A stretch of DNA of 64,000 bases from Octopus sinensis (taxonomy: Eukaryota): contig NC_043009.1 in the NCBI RefSeq assembly GCF_006345805.1, positions 60,946,001 through 61,010,000 on the forward strand. Direction: 5' to 3'. Both the position numbers and the translations under genes were made by a program. Under the pieces are notes generated by a model. The model had not been told where the DNA came from. It saw only the letters and a program-made list of their open reading frames with translations, and did no database searches. Below, piece by piece: positions 38,883 through 51,479 of this stretch (the first letter of the stretch is position 1; each line of letters opens with the position of its first letter).

Positions 38883-38999
38883 CCTTCTATCTATAAATGT
38901 TCTAATATCTACACAGCCTTGGGTTTTTTTTATCTTATTATGCAAAAAATTCATATATATATATATATTTGCTTGACACCAGTATCTTCCACAGGTGCA

Positions 39000-40250
39000 A
39001 TTTTGTTTGGCTTGATGAGTCTTCCTCTGAAGCACGACATAATGCCAAAGGCCTTGGTCATTGCTTCCATGAAGCCCAATGCTCGAAAGGAACTCAGTCA
39101 CTTTGCCTCTGTCAGGCCCAATGTTCAAAAGGTCGATTTTGTTATGCACCACCAGCATGGATACACTTGGCTTGACAGGCCCTCTTAAGCAGAGTACATC
39201 ACCAAAGGTCTCAGTCACAAGTCAATGCCTCTGTGAGGTTCAAAGTTCAAGCCTCACCACCTCATCCCATGTCTTCCTGGGTCTACCTTTACCACAAGTT
39301 CCTGCCACGGTTAGAGATCGGCACTTCTTTACACAACTGGCTTTGTCCATACATATCACATGACCATACCAGCGCTGTCGTCTCTCTTGCACACCACATC
39401 TGATTCCTCTTATGCCTAACCTTTCTCTCAAGATGCCTACACTCTGTTGAACATGCACACTGATGTTGCAGATCTAGCAAAGCAAACTTGTTTCATTTCA
39501 TTTCAAGCCTACACAGGTCTCGGCTGTTATAGCCCATGTTTCACTGCTATGCAGCATAGCTGTTTACACACAGGCATCAAACAATCTGCCTTTCACTCTG
39601 AGAGAGAAGCCCTTTGTTGCCAGCAGGGGTAGGAGCTCTCTGAACTTTGCCCAACCAAATCTTATTCTCACAGCTATGCTCTTGGAACAACCACCTTCAC
39701 CACTAACCTGGTCGCCTAGATACCGGAAGCTATCTACTACCTCTAGCTTGCACCCTCTGGCAGTTGATGGAGTCTATTTTCCACACATGTTCAGCATTTA
39801 TTATGCCTGTGTACCTTCTACATACAAAAGTTAGTTTCTGTTAACCTTCCTTTGATGTTGCTGCACTTTTTGTGTGTCCAAAGCTTACACTGAGAGCATC
39901 TTATGGAGTTTCTACTTACACCTTTTCTACAGATTGAGCAGGGCCATCTACCTGAAGGGATTTGTGATTTGTCTGCCTTCCTACTTACTATGACTTTGGT
40001 TTTTGCTAGGTTAACTCTAAGGTCCTTTGATTCTAGACCTTTGTTTCCATACCTGGAACTTCTCTAGCTCAGGTAGTGATTCAGCTATAAGAGCAAGGTT
40101 ATCAACATAGAGGAGCTCCCAGAAGCAGCCTGTCTTGAATTCCTCCATTATTTCCTGGAGGACTATGATGAACAAGAGGGAGCTGAGCACAGATCCTTGG
40201 TGAACCCCTATTTGTACCCTGAATTCTTCACCGCACTCATTGCCCACCCT
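39000..40250 (-). mobile_element. Degenerate RTE-clade LINE
   Basis: GVHQGSVLSSLLFIIV and LLYVDNL (RT), plus RRQRWYGHV...GKGRPRKTWDEVVR (RTE C-terminus). Confidence 0.85.
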
Positions 40251-40606
40251 TATATATATAAGCAAACTTCCAAAGTCTTGTGAGTGGATTTGGTAGGCAG
40301 AAACTGAAAGAAGCCTTGTTGTATACCATAAAAGGCTAATATTGGTAAAATGAGACATACTTATCTACATGGCCGAAACAGCTGTAAGATGTAATCTATA
40401 CTTATATTTATATTCTCTTTTTTATATATATTCTACATATTATACAACATTACTCTTTTATGTACATTCCTTTGTGTACACTGATTTGTTCTGCTTTTCT
40501 ATGTTTAACCCTACAGTCTCTTATGTGGTGGTTTAATAAAGTATGTGATTGAGTATTATCTGATAATTGATATTTGATTTAGATGTATTTCTCCATTTTC
40601 TTATCT

Positions 40607-40665
<59 letters not shown>

Positions 40666-43109
40666 ACACACACGCACACACACACAAAGGCAGCAAGCTG
40701 GGCGAAATGCTTAGCGGTATTTCGTCTGTCGTTACGTTCTGAATTCAAATTCCCCTGAGGTCGACTTTGCCTTTCATCCTTTCGGGGTCGATGTAATCGA
40801 CTTAATCCCTTTGTCTGTCCTTGTTTGTCCCCTCTATGTTTAGCCCCTTGTGGGTAGTAAAGAAATATATATATATATATATACACACACATACTAACAC
40901 ATACATACATATATATTATTCATATTGTTACTATGATGCAAAAGTGTCATAAGTCCAAAACGTTTGTTTTTCAGAAAACGAAAGAATAGTTTCACCCTTC
41001 CATTTCTTTTTACATTACCAAGTTTCAGCTTAATAATAACACTTTGTTGGGTGCATAAAATTGTAACTCCATGCATGTATGATATTTTCAGTCAGTAATA
41101 TTTTTGCAAAACTGTCAAATGTGGGACTTACTACACTTTTGAAAAATGATAAAGCATTGTACTACACTTTGACAATTTTCATATCTTGGCATCTGGAGAT
41201 ACGATAGCTTGACCAAAATATTGAAAAAAAAACGCATTTGGCCAAATTTGGACACACAACAGTTTAACATAATAGCAACAATACATATATCCTTATCATC
41301 ATCAATTAGCATTACCTTTTCCATGCTGGAAAGGGTTGCACAGACGAGCCAGACTCTGCGGCTGCTTTGGCATGGTTTCTACATCTGGATGCATCTATAG
41401 TATCAACCACAAAGGTATCAAAACAAGGATATACACACATATGTGTAATAGACTATGTGTCTTTCCATATATACTTTTTTTCTGTGAGTAAGACTTAAGC
41501 CGCTGAATTTGTTCCACTTTATAAGGTTTACTTTCTAAGTCATTTGACAGGAGCTGGAGTTGTACTTCATTCTGCTGTCTTCTTTGTCCCACAATGCTTA
41601 ACTAATGTTTCAATGTCCATAAATTCTGATGATACACCATGCGTCGCAATATCTTTAAAAGATTTTTTCATCATTATTATAGCCGAAACAGTTCTTTTGA
41701 GGTAAGTTGCTGACACTAGATTGATGACACATTTGATTTGATTTTTTTTCCCCCAAGACCAATAAAAATCTTTCTCTCTAAACAGTCAAACAACAGTCTC
41801 CACTTACTTGGTGGAATCATCCTCTTTATTTTTGTATTCAAGAGTTCATTCTGCTACCTCCATTGTCTCATAATACTTAACTGATGCCTTAACATTCATA
41901 AACTCTGATGATTAACCCTGCATTATAACAATTTGAAACAAGAGCACAAACTTGTGTCAAGGCAACACCAACATCCTCTCAACGATTAGCCAGAGATGAT
42001 TTTTAGAATGAGAATATCTGAGATAAACTCAACTACTCTCACAAACAAGAATACTAAAAATGAACCTGACTGCTCTCAAAAATTAAGTAGAAAATCCGGA
42101 AAAATAATCCAGAATCCTTGTCCGGTACCTGATCGATCCCAATGGTAGTCATGGAATGTGAAGGTGGGTGTGCAGGCCATGTTTGTAATGCTGTGTGTCG
42201 TCTGCAGTGGGAACAGGACAGTTTTCTCTATGAAGGCCTTTTTAGTCTATCCACTGATATAGTGTCTTTACAACCATTAAGGTCTATAGTGAAAAAAGTT
42301 ATCCGTGCGTGAAAGAAAACGGAAAGGACCTGCATACGGTGCTGTTAACGGAGGTTTAACAACATTGTTACACACAAAAACGTGAATCCAAGAAGTAAAG
42401 CTTCCTTCAAGGCAGAACTAGAAATGCAATTGTCAAGTAGGTAAGAGGTTTTAAACAGGAGCGATATATTCAAAATTGGAAAAACTAAAAATTGTCGAGG
42501 ATAGATTAACTTTATTATTGTTACTGAATATGTTAGTGTTATTTAATTTCTGAACAGTTTTTCTGCCATTTATTTTAGTTTGATTTCTGTATCCATCAGT
42601 TTCTACTAAGATAGAGACGCGAGTAAAATTAATAATAGAGAAATGAAAATAAAACTTTGGAAACAGCAATGCCGCCATAATTTATGTGGGAACCATGAGC
42701 ATACTTTCAAGGGAGATAATCAGAGAAAGACTTGAAAGTCAACATAAGATCATAATACTTTATGTAAAGTAAATATAACAAATAATCCAGAATGCTTGTC
42801 CGGTTCCAGATAGATCCCCAAATCTAATCAGTTCGTGCCAGTCATGAGACGAAACATCCCTGAAAGTTTCATCCAAATCCATCCAATGATTCTTGAGATA
42901 TCTTGTCAAGGCGGAGGTAATTAGAGGCTGAAAATTCAGAAGGCCAGGGTGTGTTAGTGTCTCCTCCTTTCCAAACAAGAAATGTTTTTCATAAACTTTT
43001 GCAGTTAATTATACCTGGATAGTATTTAAGAAATGATAAATATAAATTTCTTATTTACTTGTATTTTTTCTTTTGGCATTTTTATTTACTTCCTCATATT
43101 CTCATTAGC

Positions 43110-43703
43110 TATGCATAGTAAGAATCCAGCTTCCAGTATGGTCTTTGGAGCTGTTGGGAAATTGATGCCTCCTCATTTTATTGAAGCGGTTCTTAAAATC
43201 AACACAGCAGAGTATCTCAAAATCTTAGAAGTTTTGTTGTCTTGGATTAGGAAGCATTATGATGCAAGCCGAGTTATGTCTGTGCAGGACTCTGCACCAG
43301 CCCATTCTTCGAAAAGAATGCAAGAATTTTTGAAGAAGGAATTGCCCAAGTTTGCACCTAAAGATATCTGGCCGTTTACCTCGCCAGATTTGAACCCATG
43401 TGATTGTTGGCTTATAGGACACAGCTGAAGTAATATCCAATGCAACTTCTCACAACTGTGTATATTTAGTGAAGGCTTCAATCAAGCGAGCAATCAGTAA
43501 AATGAAAAAACAGAAGAAATAGTTAAGTTATGCTCATCATTTTGTAAACGGATTGAACCGGTGAAGAAAGTGATTTGTAGTCACATTGAACTGAAATAAG
43601 TGCTAAACACTCCACAATAAACTGGCATATACATAAAACTTGCAGTGTTTGATTCTTCTGAGTTATACCATTAAATGGTCCCAATTTACCTGTTACACCC
43701 TGT
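43110..43703 (+). mobile_element. maT (DD37D) Tc1/mariner-superfamily fragment
   Basis: KNPASSMVFGAV...QDSAPAH...IWPFTSPDLNPCD has 37 residues between the last two Asp. A probable right terminus ...TTACACCCTG is followed by TA. Confidence 0.8.
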
Positions 43704-46175
43704 ATGTGTGTATATATATATATACCGCATCGACTGGCCTCTGTGCTGGTGGCACGTAAAAAACACCATCTGAGCATGGCCGTTCACCAGCCTCGTCTGG
43801 CACTTGTGGCGGTGGCACATAAAAAGCACTCACTACACTCACAGAGTGGTTGGCGATAGGAAGGGCATCCAGCTGTAGAAACACTGCCAGATCAGACTGG
43901 CCTGGTGCAGCCTTCGGGCTTCCCAGACCCCAGTTGAACTGTCCAACCCATGCTAGCACGGAAAGCGGACGTTAAATGATGATGATGATATATATATATA
44001 TGTATGTATGTATATATATATATATATATATATTGGATTGGATTGTCTAAGTTTAGTCCACCGCAGAATGAAGGTCTCAGCATGTTCTCTCCACCAGCCG
44101 TGGTCTGATGTGGGGCCAGGAATTTGAGCTTGAGATCACTCTGGTTTGATGAGCCTATTCTATCACTTTGACTCATACACAGGAGATGTTAAGTCGATAG
44201 CATCAACCACAGTGCTCAACTAGTACTTATTTTATTGCTCCAAAAAGAGTGAAAGGTTAATTTGGCCTTAGCAGAGTTTAAACTCAGAACATATAGACAG
44301 ATGAATTGTGTGTGGCAGGTTTGGTAGCTTTCAACTAATACTATCTCCTCTGAGACCCTGCAGTGCAAGTTGACCGAAATTGAGAGTATGATAGAAGAAG
44401 GCTTGCTGTTTCTTCCGTAGAAGAAAAAATTCAAATAGTACCATGTTAACACCAAAAATTATTTACATCAAAAAGGTGCTTTTTTTTCTATAAAAATCCC
44501 TATTTCTTTTACGATTTTTTGACTGCTGTGTACTTTTTCTTAACGAATACTGTTGCAGTGTTAACTTCTTAATAGATTTTCAGTGCAGTTCTAAACTTGA
44601 GCGTCATTTTGCTTTAAATCTACGGGTAAGTTTTTTCTCCATAATGTTAATAGAAGGAATATCAACCAACAATACCAACAATTGAAGTCGGCATTACACA
44701 TTTGCAGCACATTCAGAGCAAACTTGAGCATCGCCACACTATACTTTTATTCATAGATTGAAACTATGTAAAAACTTTGTTAACGTGACATCAAAGTCTG
44801 CCATTTTAAGCACAACTGAAAAACAAACCCGAGCAATGCTAGGCTATACTGCTAGTATATATAAATATATATATATATACGCCAGCTAAGCTAAGTTCAA
44901 CTGTCTAAAGTCGTAAGACACCCGCTGTTTTTGTCCTGTCATTACTATTATTGTTTTTTGTATTTATATTCATGTGGCATCGTCCGTTTTTCTGTCCTTG
45001 TTTCGTATACATTCGATCCTTTTTCCAAGAAATCTAATGCTCGTAGCTTAGTTTTTCCTTGGGGCTGGCCGGATCGGAGCGATCTCAAGATTAATCAGCC
45101 GAAATTGCAAGGATGATCCGGTTCTTGACTGAAGATTAGAGGCTTCGAATGACCCGTCCATTTTTGTGTCGTCTATTTGAGTGTTTTGCGTTCTTGTCCC
45201 ATTTTGCATTTTTATATATATATATATATATACTTTGTTTTTGTATTTGGTTTGCAAAAGTCTTGAGGTGAATTTGTGTGTTGAAACAAATTTTATTGGT
45301 TCTTGAGAGAGTCATTACACCAACAAGAAGACATGCCACCAGACCAATGCTTGTGCTGGTATTATTGGTGTACAAGACACAACAATATGTATGTGTGTGT
45401 ATATGTCAACATATATATATATATATATGTGGAGGCACAATGGCCCAGTGGTTAGGGCAGCGGACTTGCGGTTGTAGGATCACGGTTTTGATTTCCAGAC
45501 CGGGCGTTGTGAGTGTTTATTGAGCGAAAATACCTAAAGTTTCACGAAGCTCTGGCAGTGGGTGGCGGCAATCCCTGCTGTACTCTTTCGCCGCAACTTT
45601 CTCTCACTCTTTCTTCTGTTGGCCTGCTCGCTTAGCCAGTGGGGTGGCGTCATTTGAAGGCTAAAACAATGTGAATCGCATTGTGACCAGCGATGTGTAG
45701 CAATATCTGATAGCCTGGTCGGTCACGGTGATATATATATATATATAAACACTGCCAGATCAGATTGGAGTCTGGTGCAGCCATCTGGTTCGCCAGTCCT
45801 CAGTCAAATCGTCCAACCCACGCTAGCATGGAAAGCGGACATTAAATGACGATGATGATAATATATATATATATATATAAACATGCAAGTGTTGATTTTA
45901 TTTTTGTGAATGAGTTTATATTTTCTATCAACTTCACATGAATTTGCTGATTGTAAGCAACGATATAGATAATGTCCTTTCCTTGCAGTAACCACAGAAA
46001 GCATGTCCACCTGGTTTTTTGATATGTTGCATGGTCTTTTTAGACAAAAGGTTTATTCAAACTGGATTGCATGTTTTCCCAGTTCATCACACAGCTATTG
46101 TTGTTCAACAAAGGAGGAGACCATTACCGTGCTTGAAAATAGGTGAGGGTTGCCAAGCGGAAGAGCATCCGATTG

Positions 46176-46396
46176 TATGAGGGTGTGCTGAAAAGTTTCT
46201 GACTTAGGGTAAAAGAAAACACAGGAAGATCTGTTAATTATGATTTTATTCAACATATTCCCCTCTCAGATTCACACACTTATTGCAGTGGTCCTTCAGT
46301 TTTTCTAAGCCTTGTAAAAGAACTTAGAAAGCTGGGCCTCCAACCAAGGCTTTCGTGATACCCTTAAAGCCAAGAACTTTTCAGCACCCCCTCGTA
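46176..46396. mobile_element. Mariner-type MITE; a second copy at about 33858-34490 is split by a SINE
   Basis: TA-flanked imperfect TIRs (TATGAGGGTGTGCTGAAAAGTT ... AACTTTTCAGCACCCCCTCGTA). The internal sequence is shared with the 33.9-34.5 kb copy. Confidence 0.75.
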
Positions 46397-47996
46397 GACT
46401 ATCCAACCACATTATACCTATTTCTTTACTATCCACAAGGGGCTAAACACAGAGAAGACAAACGGATTAAGTCGATTACATCGACCCCAATGTGTAACTG
46501 GTACTTAATTCATCGACCCCGAAAAGATGAAAGGCAAAGTCAACCTTGGCGGAATTTGAACTCAGAATGTAACGGCAGACGAAATACGGCTACGCATTTT
46601 GCCTGGCATGCTAACATTTCTGCCAGCTAGCCACCCTATATCTTTCTCCTGTTCTCCTCACCCTAGCATCCCTATCATCTTCGCTACTCCTGTTGCTTGC
46701 AGACCCCACTCTTCTCCATCCCTCTACCCATGATTCCTGTTTCATCCACCCTTCAACCCAAACCGTTTCGACAGTCTGCCTCCCCGCCTTTCATTCACTT
46801 TCCATGCAATCTTGCAAACCATCCACTTCTACACAGCTTCTGCTTTGAGGGACTCCCTAAGCCCCTTATCTCCGTTATCTATATCTTGCAGCGCCTACTA
46901 ATTATTTTCTCATTCTTCCTGTTTTCCCTTACTAGACATGAACAGCTATGCACATCCCTCCGCAGGAAATGCTCTGCATACACCCCCGCCTCTCATAGTA
47001 ATCCCCTCGTTCCCTAGCATGAAGTTGAACCCCACCCCCCGCATCTTCTACTTCTTTACTACCCACAGAGAGGACAAACGGATTAAGTCGATTATATCGA
47101 CTCCAGTGCATAACAGGTACTTATTTAATCGGCCCCGAAAGGATGAAGGGTAAAGTCAACCTCGGTGGAATTTGAACTCAGAACGTAGCGGCAGATGAAA
47201 TACCTATTTCTTTATTACCTGCAAGGGGCTAAACACAGAGAGGACAAACAAAAGGATTAAGTCGATTATATCGACTCCAGGTACTTATTTAATCGACCCC
47301 GAAAGGATGAAGGGCAAAGTCAACCCCGGTGGAATTTGAACTCAGAACGTAGCGGCAGATGAAATACTGATGCTAAGCATCTTCTCCAGGGCTTGTAGAC
47401 CTGCGAACTGCATGACAACCTCAATAATGCAGGTGGGATGAAAAAAATTACCTTGTCTGTGTTGTAAAGCGATGCACATTAGGAAGGGCATCCAGCCGTA
47501 AAAGCCAAGCCAAAGCAGTCGCTGGAGCACGATGCAAACCCCTGAGACACATCAGATCCTGTCAAACTGTCCAACCCATGCCAGCATGGAAAGTGGACGT
47601 TCAATGATGTTTTTTTTTATATATATTCTTTTATTTGTTTCAGTCCTTTGACTGCAGCCATGCTGGAGCACCGCCTTTAGTTGAACAAATCGACTCCAGG
47701 ACTTATTCTTTGTAAGCCTAGTACTTATACTATCGGTTCTTTTTGCCGAACAGCTAAGTTACAAGGACATAAACACAGCAACATCGGTGTCAAGCAATGA
47801 TGGGGGGAACAAAGACACACACACATATATATGCGACGGGCTTCTTTCAGTTTCCGTCTACCAAATCCACTCACAAGGCTTTGGTCGGCCCGAGGCTATA
47901 GTAGAAGACACTAGCCCAAGGTGCCACGCAGTGGGACTGAACCCGGAACTATGTGGTTGGAAAGCAAGCTTCTTACCATATAGCCACCCTGCCTTA

Positions 47997-48420
<424 letters not shown>

Positions 48421-48773
48421 CAAATTTATATCTACATACACGTCTATGTATGTATATATACATGTATGTGCGTGTGTTCGTACACTTGTACATATGCCAT
48501 GCTTTTATTTGCTAGAACACATCCTTAGTGAATCGATATGATTCTCTAGGGAGATAAATGTTAATGCATGACATTCTATATCCTTTCTGATGGTGGCCAT
48601 CCATCTGAGGTAGATTCACAATTTGATCGATCCAAATAGCTATCTGGCCTTGGCTACGAAATGCGAAACTCGTCACAAAAAGAATTGCAGTATGTGGTTT
48701 CATAATTATGCATTGGATCATACATACACACAAACACACCCACATAGTTGTCGCAAATAAATTTTTATTATAC

Positions 48774-49778
48774 CTTGTCAAGTTGTGCAGCTACCACGTG
48801 GACTTCGTAATCTGAAGTGTGTAGAATAGGCGAGTAACATTCATAACCCTTGTATAGAGTGGTCAGACTAGAAAAACTGGTTTCTGGCTGAGGAATGTTG
48901 AAACACCTCAAAAGCTTCCCGTTGTGAACTTCCATCAGATATCTTTCCTCTGTAAATACAAACATTCGAACCTGTAATGTATCGGCCCACTCGTTCGATC
49001 CTTGCTGTTTAGCTTTAATAGACATTGAACAGTGAGTAATAAAAAGGTGTTGAATGGTCGCTGAATGGGCCAAAGGTAAGATTCGAGAAATGTCGATGGT
49101 TTGAAATGAATTAAAGCTTTGATTGAACATCACACCGAAATATTCTGATTTCTTTCTGTTTTTGTGTTTGTCGAAAACATGACCGATTATAAGTGACATG
49201 TTAATTAAATCATAACAACAAAGTAATTTAAAGTTGTTATAAGAACGTTCTGGGTATAACAAACGATCCAGGCGGACTGTTTTCAACTCTAGCTCGTAAC
49301 TCGCATCGGACGAAAGAGCAAGCTGTAGTTGGGAGTCTGAAATCCACATTAAACTAGGCCCATCCACAAGCTGTACATTCTCACACATCGATTTGATCTT
49401 AGATGTGACAGCCAATTCAGGTTGTTTAGTGTCAATAACATAACGTCTTAACGGAAGCAGTTTATCAGAGCAGTAAGACACGATAATAAAAGTCACTTGT
49501 TGCTCTCCTAAGCACTGCAAAAATGCACACGTAATAGTTTTACCCGTAGAGATCTCTTTAATGTTTTCTGCGCTAATTATCGTCCATTCTCCGATGGAAG
49601 GTAAGGATAAATTACAAAGACTATGTCTCGATAATGACAACTGTTGGCAGTTGCTAGAAGTGGATTTGCAGTATTCAAAACGATAAGTTTCATCGTTTAA
49701 ATTAGAAATAAATGTATCAATGGTAAAATTATGGATAATTCCCTCTTCTGAAGCAACGATATTTTGACAGGAAGTCAT
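48774..49778 (-). CDS. FANCB: FANCB coding exon 1 (335 codons, N-terminal beta-propeller region)
   Basis: The first in-frame ATG (49778) gives MTSCQ (human MTSKQ). Motifs match remembered human FANCB: VQLVDGPSLMW vs LRVLNGPLILW, ILPLAHSATIQHL vs IIPPAYSSVVTYV, FVFTEERYLMEVHNG vs IALTRKNQLISFQNG. The exon ends at a phase-0 donor AAG|GTATAA. The track ORF start at 49853 is a TTG. Confidence 0.88.
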
Positions 49779-49983
49779 CGAAATGATATTAGAATAAATA
49801 AAGAACGAATTATGATGCACAACGAGTGAAGGCGAATGAAAAGTGTCGCACAATTAGGACAATCTGAATTTTGCGCGTAAATTCACGTTACCGGATGTAA
49901 GGGGAGATAATTGCTGGAGAGTGACTAGTATGAAGATAAAAAAGGTCGCAGCGCTTTTTTATTCCTGAAATTAGTGATCAGAA
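49779..49983. promoter_or_regulatory. Compact bidirectional promoter between FANCB and the 14-3-3 gene
   Basis: 205 bp lie between divergent ATGs. The region is CpG-rich relative to the window and has an ETS/GABP-like ACCGGATGT (49890-49898) and an E2F-like TTTTGCGCGTAA (about 49869-49880). This assumes neither gene has a distant 5' non-coding exon. Confidence 0.65.
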
Positions 49984-50769
49984 ATGGCGGACAGGGAGGA
50001 ACTAGTTTATATGGCCAAACTGGCTGAACAAGCTGAAAGGTACGACGAAATGGTGAGCAATATGAAAAGCGTTGCGAACCAAGGTACAGAGCTGTCGGTA
50101 GAAGAACGTAACCTTTTGTCTGTTGCTTATAAAAATGTTATAGGAGCTCGGCGGGCCTCTTGGCGAATCATAAGTAGCTTGGAGCAAAAGGAAGATTCGA
50201 AAGGCAACGAACAACGTCTCCGTTTGATTCGCAGTTACCGGGAAAATATTGAAATTGAACTGAAGAAAATCTGCGAGGATGTTCTCGATGTTCTCGACAA
50301 ACAATTGCTGCCAATAGCCAGTTCTGGAGAGTCGAATGTATTTTACTTTAAAATGAAAGGCGATTATCATCGTTATCTGGCGGAATTCGCAATTGGTGAT
50401 GACAGAAAAGAGACTGCCGATGAAAGTCTGAAAGCTTACAAACGTGCTAGCGATATTGCTTCAAACGAGCTCACCTCTACGCATCCGATCCGACTTGGTT
50501 TGGCGCTCAATTTCTCCGTGTTCTACTATGAAACTCTTAGTAACCCCATGAGAGCCTGCGCCTTGGCTAAAACCGCCTTCGATGAAGCTATTGCTGAGCT
50601 GGACACACTCAGCGAAGAAAGCTACAAAGATTCCACGCTCATCATGCAGCTCCTTCGGGATAATCTCACCTTGTGGACATCGGACATGCAGACCGAGGAA
50701 TGTGACCAGAAGGCTGACCCGAAAGGGGAACAGCCACAGGATGGAGGAGATCCTGCGCCAGAAGCTTAA
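49984..50769 (+). CDS. YWHAE: 14-3-3 protein, epsilon-type; single uninterrupted 261-aa ORF
   Basis: Hallmark motifs are present: [63 protein letters not shown] and [36 protein letters not shown] and DYHRY point to the epsilon rather than the zeta group. The symbol denotes the subfamily, not proven 1:1 orthology. Confidence 0.96.
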   Translation: MADREELVYMAKLAEQAERYDEMVSNMKSVANQGTELSVEERNLLSVAYKNVIGARRASWRIISSLEQKEDSKGNEQRLRLIRSYRENIEIELKKICEDVLDVLDKQLLPIASSGESNVFYFKMKGDYHRYLAEFAIGDDRKETADESLKAYKRASDIASNELTSTHPIRLGLALNFSVFYYETLSNPMRACALAKTAFDEAIAELDTLSEESYKDSTLIMQLLRDNLTLWTSDMQTEECDQKADPKGEQPQDGGDPAPEA

Positions 50770-51448
50770 TGGAAAAAAAAAAAAAAAAAAAAGAAATTTG
50801 TCGTAAAGTTTCTTTCGTTGATAAGAAAAAAAAAAGAAAGAAAAAAACGAAACAGCTTTATAAGAACAGCAACAGCCAAGGTCCCCCTTACTACTACTAC
50901 TACTACGATAACTACTACTAGTAGTCTACTTTGAACTAATTATATACATACACACACAGACACTCACATATATATATACACACATTAAGTAGTAGTCTAG
51001 CTGTTTCTTCTCTTTCCTCATTACATCTCTTTAAACATCTTTCTTTCTCTACTATGTCTGTCTGTCTCTGTCTCTCTCTGTCCCTTGCTGCTGCTGGGGC
51101 TGTACCTTCTATACCCCACTTTACACCGTAAAATAGTCGGCTGTTGCAGCAGTAAACCGAGCAGAAACAGTAACAAAACAACAACAACACAAAATATCAG
51201 AGAAAAGAAGACAAAAAAAAAAAAAATTTGAAAAAAAGTCAAAGGAAAAAAAAAACAAACAAAAAACAACAAAAAAAAAAAACAATTCAATTTCCAGAAA
51301 GAAGAAGAAAACGCAAGGATCAATGTAGTCTCGTCTTTGAAACATAATTTCATCATTTATCTTTCTCTTCTCTGTCATATATCTATATATATATGTGTCT
51401 CTATATATATATATATAAATCTTTTTTGCTGTATTGTTTCTGTATTGA

Positions 51449-51479
<31 letters not shown>

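Noticed and set aside
41290-41324. MEKVMLIDDD resembling the FANCB WEKLSLVLIDDF motif
   Set aside because: It lies in the (GAT)n tail of a family C retroposon; the true exon is at 36475-36660.
45125-45160. CTGAAGA...CGAAT (and CTGAGGA...CGAAT at about 55428-55450) as a hammerhead
   Set aside because: It has GAAU rather than GAAA, and no convincing stems I-III can be drawn.
50002-50370. 122-aa minus ORF inside the 14-3-3 gene
   Set aside because: It is the antisense shadow of a conserved CDS, with no independent support.
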